A DNA stretch of 64,000 nt from Marsupella aquatica (Eukaryota > Plantae > Marchantiophyta). Positions 60,501 to 64,000 of this stretch are shown here, one piece after another; within the stretch, counting starts at the first letter, position 1, and the number at the start of each line of letters is the position of its first letter. Under the pieces are notes generated by a model. It did not search any database and was not told where the DNA came from. It was given only the letters and a program-made list of their open reading frames with translations. Where the stretch lies: NCBI GenBank assembly GCA_973895155.1, contig OZ316895.1, forward strand, positions 11,024,184-11,088,183, read 5' to 3'. Both the position numbers and the translations under genes were made by a program.

Positions 60501-63457
60501 TCGGTCACTTTTGGCTCAGGTGAAATAAGGCCTTGTCTCGCATGTTAGATTTTCTGTTTTCAAGAATCAACAGAACGTTCACTTATAATATCATGCAAGA
60601 CTCTAGACTAGACTTATCTGAAGGTTTGTAATCTGTGTTTGCCTAATCTCAGTGAGAACTGTGGTGAAAAACAAGAAATGTTTCTGGAAAACGTATTCTA
60701 CCAATCTGGTGGATATGAAAGTTGTGATAGTTTGGCAATTTTGGACAATCGGATGAAGCAGTTTGAGGCAAGTCTTAATCCTTGATGTGTTCTTCATCTT
60801 TGTAGCACTAATTTAGCTAGTCGATTAGAATTGAGATCGACTGAATTCTGACATACGTTTAGAGAGCCTTACGGCACAGAAGAAACACAATGCTACTTTA
60901 TACACTAGGACAGAGTACACCCTCCAATTCACTGGGACCTCTACACGTAGCAGCTGACTTTTCACTTCAAAAGACTCGTAGCAGATATCATTTTCAGCTG
61001 TAAAATTTTGTAACAAATGAACGTGGAATACAAATAATGGTGCTCAGACGAAACGAATGCAAGGAACTTGTTGAGTGAATGAGTGTTCATGTATCTGGGA
61101 CCGTCCCCCAATAACTGGTGACGTCAGGTTATCGTAAATTTTATGCGTCGCTTCCTTCCTATCAGTAATTCGTGTTGCAATTGACAGGTTGGTGCAGTTG
61201 CCAATCGACTATTTTATCTCTCAATACCACATGATGTGGTTTTGGACGTTGCCAGTTGCTTGAGTAAAACCGCTCAAAGTGAGAAGGGATGGACTCGTGT
61301 GATAGTCGAGAAGCCATTCGGAAATGATTCCGAATCATCTGCAGAAATCACGAAAGCTTTATTGTCAGGATTCAAGGAAGAGCAGATATATAGGTACTTT
61401 ACATGCCTTTACACTATATTTAAACAAAGGCATTTAAAATTTCCCTTTTATTCTATCTGTGGAAGTAGATATGTTCAACCAGTTCTTTCTCACTCTCACA
61501 GTTTGAAACCTTGTGTTAAATTCACAAATTTGCGACCTTTTTGCAGGATTGACCATCTTATGGGGAAGGAGCTCATCGAAAACTTGACTGTCCTGCGGTT
61601 CTCCAACCTTGTGTTTGAGCCACTGTGGTGCCGTACATACATTCGGAGTGTCCAGGTTTGTGACTATTATCTGGATCTGGACAATTGACTGTCTACCTGA
61701 GAATGTATGTATGGTGTCGAAGAAAAACATGCATCCAGTTTCTGAGTCTCGTTAATGCATTGATTTGGAACAGTTCATCCATTCAGAGGACTGGGGACTA
61801 AGTGAAGGGCGGGAAAGGTATGTTACCTTCTGCTTTAGTGGTTTGGTGCTATTTTCTCGAAGTCTTGTTTTCCTTTGTTAGATGACATGGGCTCTCTTGC
61901 AGTCTCTACTCCTGACAACAAACGAGCATGTCTCTTCCATTTTGGATGTCAAACCAGTCCTTCCATTGCAACAATAGGTTGATCTCGATCTGTCATAAAT
62001 TTCTTGTTTGCAGTATTCTAGGTTTGCTTTTATGAATGCAGGCATATGCATTCTCGCCTTTGATGCCACAGGTTTTGATTGGATGACAATCTTTATCTTG
62101 GTGTAATTCGTTTTTGTTTCCGTTTGGTTTTGTTTTAGGGACTTCGATGAACAGGGAATTATCAGGGACATTGTTCAGAGTCACATACTGCAAAGCATTG
62201 CTCTCTTTGCGATGGAACCTCCAGTGAGCCTTGATGGGGAGGACATAAGAAATGAGAAGGTCGTAGTTCGTCTGTTACCTAGCTTTCCTGACTGACCTTT
62301 CACAGGCTGTCTTCGTTTGTTGGGGCCTATTGGTATTTAATGCTGGAGATGCTGATCTACGGTGGAATGAAAGATTGAAGGTTCGCTCTTGTGTTTTTTG
62401 CAGGTAAAGGTGCTCAGATCGATGCGGAGGCCAACATTTCAGCATGATGTGGCATTGGGCCAGTACAAAGCCAGCATTTCCAAAGATGGGAAGTCCAAAG
62501 TTCGAGGTTACTTGGACGAGCCTGATGTGAATCCAAACAGCTTGACACCTACATTTGTGGCGACAATACTGTACATTGATAATGCCCGTTGGGATGGAGT
62601 TCCTTTTCTAATCAAAGTAGGCAAGGGTCTAATCAAGCACGCGTGAGTTTTCTACCTAATCACGTGTATCAGGCCAGATTTATATTCTCCTGATTTCCGC
62701 AAAAGAGGATCGTCTCCTGGAACATTGTCATCAGGGATACTTTAGCTTTGTTCTGAACAAAAGTATTTGTAATGTGATTCGTTCTTCGTTGAACTATCCG
62801 GTTTCCCTTTACCATCATGAGAATGTACTAGTTTGCTTTGGACAGGGTGGAGATCCGTATTCAGTTCCATCATGTTCCTGGAAATCTTTATCGAGACCTG
62901 CTGGGTTACAACCTGGAGGCCTCTACAAATGAGCTCATTCTCCGGGTACAACCTGATGAAGGTGTGTTCTTGAAGATCAACAATAAGGTACCAGGACTGG
63001 GTACACAGTTGGACACAACAGAACTGAATTTGCTGTTCAGTGAAATGTAAGTTTTTTCTCATCCTGCTCATCTGAGGTTCACTTTCTACATATGAAAGAA
63101 GTTTTCCAGTCGAGCTTTGTGTTTGATGTGTTTCCGTCCGTTCGCTCTGGATCCTTTGAAGGTGAATATAAATTTCTACAATTAAAAAAGCATAATGACA
63201 TCCTGATGTGCTGCAGGTATGGTGATTACGACATTCCAGACTCATATGAGCGCCTCATTTTGGATGTCATTAATGGTGTTAATCATTTGTTCATTCGTGG
63301 AGATGAGTTGGAAGAGACGTGGAAACTTCTGACTCCCTTGCTGAATGAGATGGAATCACTGAAAGTTGCTCCAGAGCTTTACACATTCGGAGGGAGGGGA
63401 CCTATCGGAGCTTATTATCTTGGTGCCACACATGGTGTGAGATGGGCTGATGAATAA
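57518..63457 (+). CDS. G6PD4: Plastid glucose-6-phosphate dehydrogenase, P0/G6PD4-type, ~664 aa. Exons 57518-57640, 59220-59448, 59682-59953, 60295-60389, 60653-60767, 61188-61393, 61547-61655, 61774-61817, 62139-62259, 62404-62642, 62846-63046, 63217-63457
   Basis: Ser-rich transit-like N-terminus, [19 protein letters not shown], redox Cys pair [55 protein letters not shown] and HGVRWADE. Exons total 1995 nt in frame. The first two exons are less certain. Confidence 0.9.
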
Positions 63458-64000
63458 CCCACATCAACGGGGTTCACACAAAGAAATTCGTCGACAAGCA
63501 GATCCCGCAAGGGTGATCTATTACACCTTCAACGATTTTGGTTTTCCATATGCTGTTGGATGAGGTCTGGAATCGGAGTTCCATGCCGTGTAATTGAATT
63601 TGGTTGACTGTACATCAAAGACTTACCTTGGAAGTGGTGGTCGACTTTGGCAAACATAGGGTGTACACAGCTCTTCTGAGGTACAAAGTGCATATAGGGG
63701 GTCTTTGAATTGCTGATATCCTGTACTCTCTTGTAATTAGCTCAGAAACAGCCTTGATGACTTCCTACTTTCACACGCCTGTGTTTTCTCATGTCTAGAG
63801 TGTAACAGCATGTAACACATTAAATTGATTTTCGTTCGGGAGTTTTAGGGAACTAGATATGCTGATTAAGTTTTTGTGAAGAAATGACTACTTTTCCTTT
63901 GGTTAAACCCCAATTCTCGGATCTACCGCCGCATTGGTTGAACTTTAGTTCACAATTGTGATTGTGATAGGGGACGAGAATGTATGGTTGGAAGTGTGTT

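Overview
Eukaryotic nuclear DNA from a land plant. The mix of intron-containing and intronless genes, the gene families and the LTR types look like a non-seed plant such as a liverwort, but that is inference only. Six host genes can be read from the sequence: (1) a secreted hevein(CBM18)+GH18 class IIIb-like chitinase, 3 exons; (2) a Zn/NADPH cinnamyl-alcohol-dehydrogenase-family gene, 6 exons; (3) an intronless DDM1/LSH-type SNF2 remodeler with a palindromic E2F site upstream; (4) an intronless TIP30/HTATIP2-like NAD(P)-binding protein; (5) an intronless secreted glyoxal/galactose oxidase (AA5) with 21 tandem hexapeptides carrying 19 N-x-T sequons; (6) a plastid P0/G6PD4-type G6PDH, 12 exons, one GC-AG intron. 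The first 13 kb is a transposon nest. A long-TIR element holds a TG...CA-bounded 5.3 kb element with one disrupted ORF of about 620 aa, and that ORF is itself hit by a MITE (8-bp TSD) and a solo LTR (5-bp TSD). An internally deleted Ty1/copia element follows, with a related solo LTR at 24.8 kb. Two inverted ~1.5 kb LTR-like copies bracket the three intronless genes. No rRNA, intact tRNA or CRISPR array was seen. All gene models were spliced by eye and no database searches were run.
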